This document shows, in pieces, positions 8,258-18,975 of a stretch of DNA of 64,000 bases. The stretch is from an uncultured Chloroflexia bacterium. GTDB taxonomy: Bacteria; Chloroflexota; Limnocylindria; Limnocylindrales; CSP1-4. Below the pieces are notes generated by a model. That model was not told the DNA's origin and ran no database searches. It worked only from the letters and a program-made list of their open reading frames with translations. The DNA lies in the NCBI GenBank assembly GCA_963789905.1, contig CAWBMK010000007.1:72747-136746 (forward strand), read 5' to 3'. How positions within the stretch are numbered: the first letter of the stretch is position 1; each line of letters opens with the position of its first letter. The translations under genes were made by a program, and so were the position numbers.

Positions 8258-11200
8258 TCAGTCGTCGGCAAGGTTGGGGCGAAGCCAGCGTTCGGCTTCG
8301 TCGAGGGCGATGCCCTTGCGAGTCGCGTAGTCGGCCAGCTGGTCGCGACCGATCCGCCCGACGCCGAAGTAGTGCGACTCCGGTCGCCAGAAGTAGTAGC
8401 CACTGACCGAAGCGCCGGGCAGCATCGCGTACGACTCGGTGAGCGTGATTCCCGCCGCCTGTTCGGCGCCGAGGAGGCGGAAGATCTCGCCCTTCTCCGT
8501 GTGGTCGGGGCAGGCCGGGTAGCCGGGCGCGGGCCTGATGCCCTGGTAGGCCTCGCGGATGATGTCCTCGTTGGTGAGCGACTCGGAGGCCGCGTAGCCC
8601 CACAGCTCGCGCCGGACGATCTCGTGCATCCGCTCGGCGAACGCCTCGGCCAGTCGGTCCGCAAGGGCCTTGGTCATGATCGCGCTGTAGTCGTCGTTGG
8701 CCACTTCGAATGCACGGGCCACCTCGTCCGTCCCGACGCCGGCGGTCACGGCAAATGCCCCGACGTAATCGGTCAGGTTCGCCTCACGCGGGGCCACGAA
8801 GTCCGCCAGGGCGATGTTCGGACGGCCGCCTGGCTTGGCCATCTGCTGGCGAAGCGTTCGGAACGTGCCCACGATCGCCGACCGCGACTCGTCGGCGTAG
8901 AGCTCGATGTCGTCATCCGGGGTCGAGGCCGCGGGCCAGAATCCGACCACGCCGTTCGCCTGCAGCATCCCTTCCCGAACGATCCGGTCGAGGAGGGCCA
9001 GGGCGTCGCGATGGAGATCGCGGGCAGCCGGCCCGACGACGGGATCGTCGAGGATGGCCGGGAAGCCCGGACCCTTGAGCTCCCACGTGTCGAAGAACGG
9101 GCTCCAGTCGATGCGATCGACGAGGTCCGCGAGGGGTTGGTCGAGCACTGGGCGTACCCCGACGAACGTCGGTGCGATGGCCGGCGCCGCCGTCGGCCAA
9201 TCGATCGCGAAGCGGTTGGCCCGCGCCGCCTCGATCGTGAGGCGGACCTCGCGATCGCGGCGTTCGCTCCGTTCGTGGCGGATCTCCTCGTATTCCTCGC
9301 GCACCCCGGCCACGTATCGCTCGCGGTTGTCCTCCGAGGTCAAGGCGCCGACGACCCCGACGGCGCGCGACGCGTCGAGGACGTGGACGGTGGGCCCCGA
9401 ATAGGCCGGCTCGATCCTGACCGCCGTGTGGGTCCGTGATGTCGTCGCGCCACCGATGAGCAGCGGGATCCGGAAGCCCTCGCGCTCCATCTCCGAGGCG
9501 ACGTGGACCATCTCCTCGAGGGAGGGCGTGATGAGGCCGGACAACCCGATGGCATCTGCATCGATCTCGCGCGCCGTCTCGAGGATCCGGGCGACGGGAA
9601 CCATGACGCCGAGATCGATGACCTCGTAGTCGTTACAGCGCAGAACGACCCCAACGATGTTCTTGCCGATGTCATGGACATCGCCCTTGACCGTCGCGGT
9701 CACGATCGTGCCTTTCGAGCGGATCCCCGTGCCCTCCCGCTCGGCCTCGAGATAGGGGATGAGGTGGGCGACCGCCTGCTTCATGACCCGGGCGCTCTTG
9801 ACGACCTGGGGCAGGAACATCTTGCCCGCTCCGAAGAGATCGCCGACGACGTTCATGCCGGCCATGAGCGGGCCCTCGATGACGGCGATCGGGCGGCCGA
9901 GCTTCTGACGCGCCTCCTCGGTGTCCTCGACCACGAAATCGCCGATGCCCTCGACGAGGGCGTGCGAGAGGCGGTCCTCGACCGGCAGGTCGCGCCAGGC
10001 GAGGTCATCCTTCGCCTGCGCCGCCCGGCCCTGGACCGTGTCGGCCACCTCGAGGAGTCGCTCCGTGGCATCAGGACGGCGGTTAAGGATCAGATCCTCG
10101 ACGCGCTCGAGGAGGTCGGGCTCGATGTCGTCGTACACGGGCAGCGCACCGGCGTTGACGATGGCCATGTCAAGTCCGGCTCGGATGGCGTGATAGAGGA
10201 ACACCGAATGGATCGCCTCGCGGAGCGGGTCGTTGCCGCGGAACGAGAACGAGACGTTCGAGACCCCGCCTGATGTCCGAACGCCAGGCAGCTCCGCCTT
10301 GATCCGTCGGACCGCCTCGATAAAGGCGATCCCGTAGATGGCGTGCTCCTCCATGCCGGTTCCGACGGCGAAGATGTTGGCGTCGATGATGATGTCGTGG
10401 GCTGCGAAGCCGGCCTCCTCGGTGAGGAGCCTGAAGGCGCGCTTCGCCACCTCGAGCCGGCGCTCGACCGTCTCCGCCTGGCCCCGCTCGTCGAAGCACA
10501 TCACGACGACCGCCGCGCCATAACGGCGAGCGATCCGCGCCTGAGCGAGGAACGGCTCCTCGCCCTCCTTGAGGCTGATCGAGTTGACGACAGCCCGACC
10601 CTGGCTGCAGCGGAGGCCCGCCTCGATCACGTCGAAGCGGGACGAATCGATCATCAACGGGACCCGCGCGATGGCCGGCTCGGCGGCGACGAGATCGAGG
10701 TACCGGGTCATCGCCGCCGGCCCATCGAGAAGGGCTTCGTCCATGTTCACGTCGAGCATCTGGGCGCCCGCCTCGACCTGCTGCCGCGCGACCTCGACCG
10801 CCTCGTCGAAGCGATCCTCGAGGATCAGCTTGGCGAAACGGCGGCTTCCGGTGACGTTCTGGCGCTCACCGACGTTGACGAAAGTGTTGCCCGGCGGCGG
10901 GATCACGAGCGGCTCCAGGCCCGACAGGCGAAGAGCGGGATCGCGCTCCGGCGGGATGCGCGGCGGCAAGCCCTTGACCGTCTCGGCGATCGCCGCCACA
11001 TGGTCGGGAGTCGTGCCGCAGCATCCTCCCACGAGATTGACGAGACCGTGCTCGGCGAACTCGCGCAGGATCGAAGAGGTGATCTCGGCCGTCTCGTCAT
11101 ACTCGCCGAAGGCGTTCGGAAGGCCTGCGTTGGGGTAGACACTGACCGGGATATCGGCCACGCGGGCGAGCTCGTCGAGCCAGCCGCGCATCTGGCGGGC

Positions 11201-11920
11201 GCCGAGGGCGCAGTTGAGCCCGACCGCGAGCGGCTGAGCATGGGCGACCGAGTACCAGAACGCCTCGACCGTCTGGCCCGAGAGCGTCCGCCCGGACGCA
11301 TCGACGACCGTCCCGCTGATGATGACCGGCAGCCGAAGGCCGAGGCGCTCGAAGAGCGACTCGATCCCGTAGATGGCAGCCTTCGCGTTCAGCGTGTCGA
11401 AGATCGTCTCGACGACGAGGAGATCGGCCCCACCGGCGACGAGCCCGCCGGCCGCTTCCTCGTAGGCCTCGGCCAGCTCGGCGAAATGAACGCCGCGCTT
11501 GCCTGGATCGGACACGTCAGAAGACAGGCTGGCCGTGCGATTCGTCGGCCCGAGGCTGCCGCCGACGAAGCGCGGCCGACTTGGGTCCGCCCGCTCGAAC
11601 TCGTCGGCGACGGCCCGTGCCAGGCGGGCCGCCGTCTCATTGACCTCGGCCACGATGTCGCCGAGGCCGTAGTCCGCCTGGCTGATGCGGGTCGCCGTGA
11701 AGGTGTTCGTCTCGATGATGTCCGCGCCTGCCTGGAGGTATGCCCGATGCGCCTCGGAGACGACGTCCGGGCGAGTCAAGGCGAGGAGGTCGTGGTCGCC
11801 CTTGAGGTCGCGCGGATGATCGCGGAAGCGTTCGCCCCGGTAGTCCTCTTCGGTCAGCCGATACGCCTGCATCACGGTGCCCATCGCTCCGTCGATGACG
11901 AGGATCCGTTCGCGCAACAT
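8258..11920 (-). CDS. metH: Cobalamin-dependent methionine synthase
   Basis: Hcy-binding, pterin-binding, B12-binding ([11 protein letters not shown]) and AdoMet-activation domains all present. Start chosen at [15 protein letters not shown] (ATG 11918-11920); the upstream 85 codons are a non-conserved extension. Confidence 0.9.
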   Translation of the reverse strand: MLRERILVIDGAMGTVMQAYRLTEEDYRGERFRDHPRDLKGDHDLLALTRPDVVSEAHRAYLQAGADIIETNTFTATRISQADYGLGDIVAEVNETAARLARAVADEFERADPSRPRFVGGSLGPTNRTASLSSDVSDPGKRGVHFAELAEAYEEAAGGLVAGGADLLVVETIFDTLNAKAAIYGIESLFERLGLRLPVIISGTVVDASGRTLSGQTVEAFWYSVAHAQPLAVGLNCALGARQMRGWLDELARVADIPVSVYPNAGLPNAFGEYDETAEITSSILREFAEHGLVNLVGGCCGTTPDHVAAIAETVKGLPPRIPPERDPALRLSGLEPLVIPPPGNTFVNVGERQNVTGSRRFAKLILEDRFDEAVEVARQQVEAGAQMLDVNMDEALLDGPAAMTRYLDLVAAEPAIARVPLMIDSSRFDVIEAGLRCSQGRAVVNSISLKEGEEPFLAQARIARRYGAAVVVMCFDERGQAETVERRLEVAKRAFRLLTEEAGFAAHDIIIDANIFAVGTGMEEHAIYGIAFIEAVRRIKAELPGVRTSGGVSNVSFSFRGNDPLREAIHSVFLYHAIRAGLDMAIVNAGALPVYDDIEPDLLERVEDLILNRRPDATERLLEVADTVQGRAAQAKDDLAWRDLPVEDRLSHALVEGIGDFVVEDTEEARQKLGRPIAVIEGPLMAGMNVVGDLFGAGKMFLPQVVKSARVMKQAVAHLIPYLEAEREGTGIRSKGTIVTATVKGDVHDIGKNIVGVVLRCNDYEVIDLGVMVPVARILETAREIDADAIGLSGLITPSLEEMVHVASEMEREGFRIPLLIGGATTSRTHTAVRIEPAYSGPTVHVLDASRAVGVVGALTSEDNRERYVAGVREEYEEIRHERSERRDREVRLTIEAARANRFAIDWPTAAPAIAPTFVGVRPVLDQPLADLVDRIDWSPFFDTWELKGPGFPAILDDPVVGPAARDLHRDALALLDRIVREGMLQANGVVGFWPAASTPDDDIELYADESRSAIVGTFRTLRQQMAKPGGRPNIALADFVAPREANLTDYVGAFAVTAGVGTDEVARAFEVANDDYSAIMTKALADRLAEAFAERMHEIVRRELWGYAASESLTNEDIIREAYQGIRPAPGYPACPDHTEKGEIFRLLGAEQAAGITLTESYAMLPGASVSGYYFWRPESHYFGVGRIGRDQLADYATRKGIALDEAERWLRPNLADD

Positions 11921-12211
11921 GGGCTCGAGAAGGGCATCACGGCGTTCGCGATCGAACGGCGCGCTAGGCGGCGCGTCGGCCGAAACAGGCGGTGCCGGCG
12001 ACGGGTGCACCGAAGCGGCGGCGATGGCGGTCACGATGGATCGGCTCCTATCGCGTCCTGACGGGGGCACCGTGCCACTTGTCCGGCGGGCCGGTTGCCA
12101 GGCCTTCGAAGAGTCAGGTCTCTCAGGCCACTCGTGATAGGCGCGCTCGCGAGAGCGCGTGCCGGGATTATGCACATCCCCGGCGAATCGGGCTAGACCC
12201 CGAGCCCGACG

Positions 12212-13465
12212 CTACAGGCTGTCGAGCCTCGCAGCGACGGCCGTCTCGTCGAACGGTTCGCCGGGCACTCTGTCCGGCCCGATCGTCTGGGCCAGCAGGA
12301 TGAGGTTCAGCGGGTCATCGTCTGGCAGCGCATCGACCGCTGCTCGTCGACGCTCGCCGTCGGGATCGAAGGCGATCCATAGCCGCTCGCACAGGTGGGC
12401 CGAGAGTCGCAGGCGTCGCATCCGTTCTGCCCGCTCCTCGACGTACGGCATCAAGGCCGCAGCCGACCAGTCCTTGCTTGCGAGCAGGATGTCCGACAGG
12501 ACCCTCGCGTCCCTCATCGCGACGGACGTCCCCTGGCCGATGAGTGGATCGATCCAGCCGGCGGCGTCCCCCGCGAGGACGACCCCGTCGATGACGGGTC
12601 GATCGACCCGCGCGCTGTGGAGCGGAAAGATCCCGCATGGTCCGGCGGGCCATCCCTTCGCGATCGTGTCGCCCCATGGGATCGCCCCGCGCCACGCCTC
12701 CAGTACGACTCGCTCACGGTCGGCTACGTCGTATCGCTTGCGATCGGAGATCGGCCAGCATACGTAGAGCCGTGCATGACCAGCGGCCTGGGGGATGCCG
12801 ATCAGCAGTCGATCCGACTCCTGTGAGCTGATGCCGGCGTCGTCCGGTGCGTTCCCCAGGCCGCCGGCGAGCATCCCGGCAACGATCGAGTGGGCCTCGT
12901 CCTGGATCAGCTCGAATCCCGCCAGGCGACGGATGGTCGAAACCTTGCCATCCGCCCCGATGACGAGTCTTGGGCGGACATCATGCGGTTCCCCATCGTG
13001 GCGGTACGTCACGAACGGGGCGTGCCCGGGGGTGACCGACACTTCCGATACGCCACGGAGGACGATCGCCCCGGCCTTCTGCGCGGCGCGAGCGAGGGTC
13101 TCGCAGGCGTCCGGATGTCGGACGGCCAGCGCGCCCGGCTCGTCTCCGACCGCCCGCACGAACTCGTGCCGTGCGTACTCCGCGTCGGCTGCGGCCGGAT
13201 CGAGCCCAAGACCATAGGTACGCCAGCCAACGAGGATCCGGTACCCATGCTCTGCGCTCTGGAGCGCCTCGAGCAGCCCGAGCCGCTGGATCTCGGCCAC
13301 ACCCCACGAGTAGAAGACCTCGCCGAGGACGCGGTCGTGATAATGGTTCTGCCGTTCGAGGGCGAGCACGTCGATGCCGGCGCGAGCGAGAACCGTTGCC
13401 AACGCCCCTCCGGCGATGCCGCTTCCGACGATTACGACCTCGGCTCGAATCGGACCTCGAGACAT
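12212..13465 (-). CDS. FAD-dependent oxidoreductase/monooxygenase (geranylgeranyl-reductase-like)
   Basis: N-terminal GSGIAGGALATVLARAG dinucleotide fold and a DG fingerprint. Confidence 0.7.
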   Translation of the reverse strand: MSRGPIRAEVVIVGSGIAGGALATVLARAGIDVLALERQNHYHDRVLGEVFYSWGVAEIQRLGLLEALQSAEHGYRILVGWRTYGLGLDPAAADAEYARHEFVRAVGDEPGALAVRHPDACETLARAAQKAGAIVLRGVSEVSVTPGHAPFVTYRHDGEPHDVRPRLVIGADGKVSTIRRLAGFELIQDEAHSIVAGMLAGGLGNAPDDAGISSQESDRLLIGIPQAAGHARLYVCWPISDRKRYDVADRERVVLEAWRGAIPWGDTIAKGWPAGPCGIFPLHSARVDRPVIDGVVLAGDAAGWIDPLIGQGTSVAMRDARVLSDILLASKDWSAAALMPYVEERAERMRRLRLSAHLCERLWIAFDPDGERRRAAVDALPDDDPLNLILLAQTIGPDRVPGEPFDETAVAARLDSL

Positions 13466-14568
13466 CAGGGCCAGAGGCGGTAGAAGCGGAAGAAGTCGTG
13501 TTCGACGGGCAGGATGTCCACCGAGGCGAAGCCGGCGCTGGTCGCGTACGAGCGCAGCGTCGACGGACGCATGACGGTTCCCGTCGCCGCGGATCCCGTG
13601 GCGGTCCGCCCGCCGGGCAGGCAGGTCAGCACGCTCCAGCCGTACATGAACCGTTCGACCTCGTCGCCCGGGGCCGTGAACGTCTCGGCGACGCGCTCAT
13701 CCACCACCACGACCGAACCACCCGAGCCGAGCAGCGCGCGGGCTGCAGCAAGCGCCTCGACGGGATGCGACATGTCGTGAAGGGCCTCGAAGATCGTGAC
13801 GAGATCGAAGCGCCCGGCGAGGACCGGATCTGCGGCGTCTCGAACCTCGAACGTCACCCGATCGCCGATCTCGGCCGCCTTCGCGTTCTCTCTCGCCGCG
13901 TCAATCGATGGCCCGTCGAGATCGAGCCCGGTGACCTCCACCTTGGGATAGCCGCGACCCATCGCTATCGACGACCAGCCAAAGCCGCATGCGACATCGG
14001 CGATACGAGCCGGCGGATCCGACCGTAGCCGGGCGTCGAGATCGGGTACCGCCCCGAACCAGTCCGGTACGAGCGATGTCATGAACGCGGGTCGGTTCAT
14101 CGCCGCCTGTGACTCGCGCATGTCGTCGCCGAAGTCCTCCCAGCCGACGCCCTCGCCGGTCCGGAATGCCGAGATGACCCGCGGTGCCTGGAGCGTACAC
14201 GCCACCAGCATCCGGGCGACCGGAGCGAGATAGTTCGTGCTCTCCTCAGCCAGGAGCACCTCGTCATGGCCGTCGGGCAATGAGAAGCGCCGCTCGTCCG
14301 CAGCGGCGGCGACGTCGTCGACGACCAGGAATCCCGTGACCGCCTGTTGCTCAAGCCACTCGCGGACGTAGCGCTCGTCGAGGCCGAGGGTTCGCGCGAG
14401 CTCGACCGATGTCGTCGGTCCACGCTCCTTGATCGCACGGTACAGGCCCAGCCGATCCCCGATGTACGCCGTGATCAGGTCCATCGACCCGATGGCCGCC
14501 TGGAAGAGTCGCTCGAGGAGAGCGTCTCGACGCTCGGCGGCTGTCATGTCGATCGTTGGTGCGCTCAT
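13465..14568 (-). CDS. Class I SAM-dependent (O-)methyltransferase with N-terminal winged-helix dimerisation domain
   Basis: VADVACGFGW (motif I) ... LVTIFEALHDM. Start at MSAPTIDM (ATG 14566-14568), with a GGGAGG RBS 6 nt upstream. Confidence 0.75.
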   Translation of the reverse strand: MSAPTIDMTAAERRDALLERLFQAAIGSMDLITAYIGDRLGLYRAIKERGPTTSVELARTLGLDERYVREWLEQQAVTGFLVVDDVAAAADERRFSLPDGHDEVLLAEESTNYLAPVARMLVACTLQAPRVISAFRTGEGVGWEDFGDDMRESQAAMNRPAFMTSLVPDWFGAVPDLDARLRSDPPARIADVACGFGWSSIAMGRGYPKVEVTGLDLDGPSIDAARENAKAAEIGDRVTFEVRDAADPVLAGRFDLVTIFEALHDMSHPVEALAAARALLGSGGSVVVVDERVAETFTAPGDEVERFMYGWSVLTCLPGGRTATGSAATGTVMRPSTLRSYATSAGFASVDILPVEHDFFRFYRLWP

Positions 14569-14620
14569 GTCGACCTCCCTTCCTGTGCGGGGCGATAGTA
14601 GGAAACGCCGAGACTCTTCC

Positions 14621-15466
14621 TCAGTGGGTTTCGATCCGGCGCTGCGGCATCCGCGGGCCCCTCGATGAGGGACCGACCCCCGACGCCTCGAGCAGGCGAA
14701 GGATCCGCCCGCGGTGGGGAGCGTAGGGCGCCAGCAGGTCGAGCATCCGCTCGTCCGAACCCCGACGCTCACCCGCCAGCGCCCAACTAACCATGTGCGG
14801 TAGATGGAAGTCGCCGATCGAGACGGCGTCGGCATCGCCGAGTGCGCGTGACGCGGCCTCGGCCGCCGTCCACGGCCCGATGCCGGGCATCGAGCGGAGG
14901 CGGGCGTAGGCATCGGTCAGCGGCATGGCAGCCACCTCCTCGACCCGCCCGGCCCGGGCGGTGACCAGACGGACGACATCGGCCCGACGCTGTTCGACGC
15001 CGGCTGGGTGAAACGCGAAGTAGGGAAGGCTGGCCAGGGTTTCGGAGGCCGGTGGCACCCGGAGCCGCAGCGCGGCACCCGGACCCGGAGCCGGCTCGCC
15101 GTATCGACGCAACAGGTAGCGCCACGCCCGTCGAGCTTCGCCGCCGGTCACCTTCTGTTCGAGGATCGCTGGTACTAGCGCCTCGATCACCCTGCCCGTC
15201 CGGCCGACACGCAAGAGGGTCGGACGACTCCGAACGAGCTCACGGAGCAGTCGAGAGGCGTCGACCGCACCGGCGATCGACCCGATCCCACCGAGTGGAT
15301 CGTCGTCGGCGCCGACGAGCCCACCGGCGTGCCCGACTGCCCAGGCGGCCCCCGGGCCCCATGCCTGTGCCAGCACGCGCCCCGGAGCGGTGCGCGTCAG
15401 CCGGAGCGTGGCCGGTCCATCTGGCGAGCGCAGCGCTCGCCACGCCTCCGAGGTCGATAGTCGCAT
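14621..15466 (-). CDS. alkA: DNA-3-methyladenine glycosylase II (AlkA-type, HhH-GPD)
   Basis: HhH-GPD motif GIGPWTAAEAASRALGDADAVSIGDFHL. Start at MRLSTSEAW gives 282 aa; an upstream extension is possible. Confidence 0.7.
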   Translation of the reverse strand: MRLSTSEAWRALRSPDGPATLRLTRTAPGRVLAQAWGPGAAWAVGHAGGLVGADDDPLGGIGSIAGAVDASRLLRELVRSRPTLLRVGRTGRVIEALVPAILEQKVTGGEARRAWRYLLRRYGEPAPGPGAALRLRVPPASETLASLPYFAFHPAGVEQRRADVVRLVTARAGRVEEVAAMPLTDAYARLRSMPGIGPWTAAEAASRALGDADAVSIGDFHLPHMVSWALAGERRGSDERMLDLLAPYAPHRGRILRLLEASGVGPSSRGPRMPQRRIETH

Positions 15467-15917
15467 CGTCGGGTCGCCGAGGCCGCGCAGGTGGGGGCGG
15501 AGAACGTCGCCCAGGTCGAAGGGCCCCTCGATATCGATGGAGAGCTCCGCGTCGGCGACGGCCGATCGCCCGCTGAGCACGATTGTGCTCAAGGATCCAT
15601 CCAGGACGCTTGGCGAAGGCCGTGATTCGACGATGCAGGCCCAGCGCCACGTGCGCAGCGCCCGATTCTGAGCACGTCCGTGCTCATGGGTGGGCCGCCG
15701 GACCAGTGAGGGCGTCCGCCGGCACCCAGCCTTCAGGCGCCAGCTCGCCGGGTGACGCGGACGCCCGCCACGACTCCGCATGCCAGCCGCCCTCGGGATG
15801 AGGTTGCAGCCCGAGGGACTCGATGAGTCGCGCGGCATCCACGAGCGTAGGATGCACCACAGGGCGCGACCGCACTTGGTCGGCTGATGGCACGGTCATC
15901 CCGAGGGAGAAAGTCCG

Positions 15918-17123
15918 ATGCGGATCCTGGTCGTCGGCGCGGGCGGCGTCGGCGGTGCCTTCGCGCCGATCGCGGCGCGGCGCGATTTCTTCGAACACAT
16001 CGTCATGGCCGATTACGACGAGGGTCGGGCGCGAGGGGTCGTCGACCGCCTTGCCGACACCCGCTTCTCGGCCGCGAAGGTCGATGCCTCGAGTGCCGAC
16101 GACATCGCCGCGCTGTGCCGCGCCAACGCCATCAGCCATGTCCTCAATGCGGTCGACCCGCGCTTCGTCATGCCGATCTTCGACGGCGCCTTCGCGGCCG
16201 GCGCGGGCTACCTCGACATGGCCATGTCGCTGTCCCATCCCCATCCGGACGAGCCCTACGCGTTGACCGGCGAGAAGCTCGGCGACGCCCAGTTCGCCAA
16301 GGCTCCGGAGTGGGAGGCGGCCGGTCGCCTGGCCGTCGTCGGCATCGGCGTCGAGCCCGGCCTTTCCGATGTCTTTGCCCGCTATGCGCAGGACCAGCTG
16401 TTCAGCGAGATCGACGAGGCGGGCGTCCGCGACGGGGCCAATCTCGTCGTCGCGGGCTACGATTTCGCGCCATCGTTCTCGATCTGGACGACGATCGAGG
16501 AATGCCTCAACCCGCCCGTCATCTGGGAGGAAGGGCGCGGCTGGTTCACGACGCCGCCGTTCAGCGAGCCCGAGACGTTCACCTTCCCGGAGGGGATCGG
16601 GCCGGTCGAATGCGTCAATGTCGAGCATGAGGAGGTCCTCCTCATCCCGCGCTGGGTGAAGGCCAAGCGGGTCACGTTCAAGTACGGCCTGGGTGACGAG
16701 TTCATCAACGTCCTCCAGGTCCTCCACAAGATCGGCCTCGATCGGACCGAGAGGATCCGGGTCGTCGGCGCCGAGGTCTCGCCGCGCGATGTGGTGGCCG
16801 CCTGCCTACCCGATCCGGCGACGCTGGGTGACAGGATGAGCGGCAAGACGTGCGCCGGACTGTGGGTGACCGGTACCGGCAAGAACGGTAGCCCCCGCGA
16901 CGTCTACCTCTACCACGTCGTCGACAACGAATGGTCGATGCGCGAATACGGGTCGCAGGCGGTGGTCTGGCAGACGGCCATCAACCCGGTCGTCGCCCTC
17001 GAGCTGCTGGCCGGCGGAGTCTGGACCGGGGCCGGCGTCCTGGGCCCGGAGGCGTTCCCCGCCGTTCCGTTCCTCGACCTCCTGACTGCCTACGGCTCCC
17101 CCTGGGGCATGCGCGAGAGCTGA
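15918..17123 (+). CDS. Saccharopine dehydrogenase NADP-binding family protein
   Basis: MRILVVGAGGVGGAF Rossmann fold; 401 aa, typical of the Sacchrp_dh family. Confidence 0.75.
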   Translation: MRILVVGAGGVGGAFAPIAARRDFFEHIVMADYDEGRARGVVDRLADTRFSAAKVDASSADDIAALCRANAISHVLNAVDPRFVMPIFDGAFAAGAGYLDMAMSLSHPHPDEPYALTGEKLGDAQFAKAPEWEAAGRLAVVGIGVEPGLSDVFARYAQDQLFSEIDEAGVRDGANLVVAGYDFAPSFSIWTTIEECLNPPVIWEEGRGWFTTPPFSEPETFTFPEGIGPVECVNVEHEEVLLIPRWVKAKRVTFKYGLGDEFINVLQVLHKIGLDRTERIRVVGAEVSPRDVVAACLPDPATLGDRMSGKTCAGLWVTGTGKNGSPRDVYLYHVVDNEWSMREYGSQAVVWQTAINPVVALELLAGGVWTGAGVLGPEAFPAVPFLDLLTAYGSPWGMRES

Positions 17124-17533
17124 TCACCGACGCGAACCTCGGTGAGCTCGACGGGAGTGCCATTTCGAATCGAGTTCGGGATCTCGGCGATCCGGTCGAC
17201 GTGGGCGACGAGCTCGCGGAGGCTCTCCTCCGAGGCTGAGCCGACAATCTCCACGTCGTAGCTGATTGGCGTCGAGACGGCCGGGCTGCCGACATAGTCG
17301 CTCGATACCCTGACGACGACCCGCTCGAGACTGATCTCCATCGTCGCCGCCTCGCGGAATAGATCGTTCGAGATGCATCCGGCGACAGCGAGATTCAGGA
17401 GCTGACCGCCGTTGAATCCCAGTCCGCCGCCCCCGCCCTCGACGGGCCGATCGACGATGAGGGTGAAGGTGTCGGCCGATCCGATCGCGGTAACATGACC
17501 GGCCACATTTCGGACCTCGACGTCGTAGGGCAT
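17090..17533 (-). CDS. OsmC/Ohr family peroxiredoxin-like protein
   Basis: 147 aa with GGGGGLGFNGGQLLNLAVAGCISNDL, the OsmC signature. Confidence 0.8.
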   Translation of the reverse strand: MPYDVEVRNVAGHVTAIGSADTFTLIVDRPVEGGGGGLGFNGGQLLNLAVAGCISNDLFREAATMEISLERVVVRVSSDYVGSPAVSTPISYDVEIVGSASEESLRELVAHVDRIAEIPNSIRNGTPVELTEVRVGDQLSRMPQGEP

Positions 17534-17547
17534 GGCAGGACTCCTCC

Positions 17548-18924
17548 TCAGGTGATCGGAGCAAAGCCGGCGGTGAAGTGACGGAGCTGGGGTGGCTCCG
17601 ACACGATCCTGTAGCCACGAAGGTCGGCGGCGCGCTCGGCGACCCAGCTCACGACCTCGATGGCGTAGTCGACGTGGCTCTGCGTGTACGTCCGGCGCGG
17701 AATGGCGAGGCGGACGAGGTCCATCGCGGCCGGCGCCTCCGATCCATCGGGCCGGCGTCCGAACATGACGGTCCCGATCTCGCAGCCGCGGATCCCACCC
17801 TCGACGTAGAGGGCGATCGCCAGAGCCTGGCCTGGATAGGCGAGCGGCGAGATGTGCGGCAGCAGGGCCCGGGCATCGAGGTAGATGGCGTGGCCGCCGA
17901 ACGGCTTGACGACCGGCACCCCCGCCGTATCGAGGGCTTGCCCGAAGTAAGCCGTCGACACGATCCGGTACCGCAGGTAGTCCTCATCGACCACCTCCTT
18001 GAGGCCCTGGGCGATCGCCTCGAGGTCGCGCCCGGCCAGGCCACCATACGTCGGGAAGCCCTCGGTCAGGATCTCGAGCATCCGGCAGCGCTCGGCCAGT
18101 GCGTCGTCGTTCAGCGCCAGCCAGCCGCCGATGTTCGCAAGGCCGTCCTTCTTGGCGCTCATCGTCATGCCGTCGGCCAGTGAGGCGATCTCGCGGACGA
18201 TATCGGGGATCGCCCGCTCAGCCTGACCGTCCTCACGCGTCTTGATGAACCAGGCGTTCTCGGCGAAGCGACAGGCATCGAGGAAGAGCGGCTTGTCAAA
18301 TCGATCACAGAGGGCCCGGACGGCGCGCAGGTTCTGGAGCGAGACCGGTTGACCGCCTCCCGAATTGTTGGTGATGGTGACGAACACGACCGGGATGTCG
18401 TCGCCTCGCTCTGCAAGCAGCCGTTCGAGCGCCCGGACATCCATGTTGCCCTTGAACGGGTGGACGGTCGCCGGCTCGCGACCCTCCGCGATGACCAGGT
18501 CGATCGCCTCGGCGCCGGTGTATTCGACGTTGGCCCGGGTGGTATCGAAGTGGGTGTTGTTGGGGATGACCTTGCCGGCTCCTCCGACGACTGAGAACAG
18601 GATCTTCTCGGCTGCTCTGCCCTGGTGGGTGGGGATGACGTGACGGAACGGAAACAGCTCCTGGACGGCTTCGAGGAAGCGGTACCACGATGGGCTGCCG
18701 GCGTAGCTCTCGTCGCCGTGCTGGATGGCTGCCCACTGGTCGCGGCTCATCGCGCCGGTGCCCGAATTGGTCAGCAGGTCGATGAGAACGTCGTCGGCGT
18801 GTAGCCCGAAGAGGTTCCAGCCGACCGCCTCGAGTGCCCGCACGCGCTCCTCGCGGGACGTGATCCGGATCGGTTCGACTGAATGGATGCGGAACGGCTC
18901 GATGATCGTCCGCCAGCGCTCCAT
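17548..18924 (-). CDS. tnaA: Tryptophanase / tyrosine phenol-lyase family beta-eliminating lyase
   Basis: N-terminus MERWRTIIEPFRIHSVEP...DLLTNSGTGAMS aligns with E. coli TnaA (MENFKHLPEPFRIRVIEP...DLLTDSGTGAVT). Confidence 0.85.
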   Translation of the reverse strand: MERWRTIIEPFRIHSVEPIRITSREERVRALEAVGWNLFGLHADDVLIDLLTNSGTGAMSRDQWAAIQHGDESYAGSPSWYRFLEAVQELFPFRHVIPTHQGRAAEKILFSVVGGAGKVIPNNTHFDTTRANVEYTGAEAIDLVIAEGREPATVHPFKGNMDVRALERLLAERGDDIPVVFVTITNNSGGGQPVSLQNLRAVRALCDRFDKPLFLDACRFAENAWFIKTREDGQAERAIPDIVREIASLADGMTMSAKKDGLANIGGWLALNDDALAERCRMLEILTEGFPTYGGLAGRDLEAIAQGLKEVVDEDYLRYRIVSTAYFGQALDTAGVPVVKPFGGHAIYLDARALLPHISPLAYPGQALAIALYVEGGIRGCEIGTVMFGRRPDGSEAPAAMDLVRLAIPRRTYTQSHVDYAIEVVSWVAERAADLRGYRIVSEPPQLRHFTAGFAPIT

Positions 18925-18975
18925 CGCACCGAGCATAGACCCGGTGGCCCGCAACGTTCACCGCGTGTGCGGCCA

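Noticed and set aside
8372-12061. Long plus-strand ORFs (355 aa, 256 aa, 572 aa) antisense to metH
   Set aside because: Arg/Asp/Gly-rich low-complexity translations typical of antisense frames in 70% GC DNA. metH on the other strand has an unambiguous multi-domain match.
12073-12095. B12-box-like GCCACTTG sequence near metH
   Set aside because: It is on the plus strand, whereas the metH leader is transcribed from the minus strand, so it cannot be part of a cobalamin riboswitch for metH.
15684-16727. 347-aa minus-strand ORF overlapping the saccharopine dehydrogenase gene
   Set aside because: No motifs and an Asp/Arg-rich composition. The plus-strand gene has a clear Rossmann fold and family-typical length.
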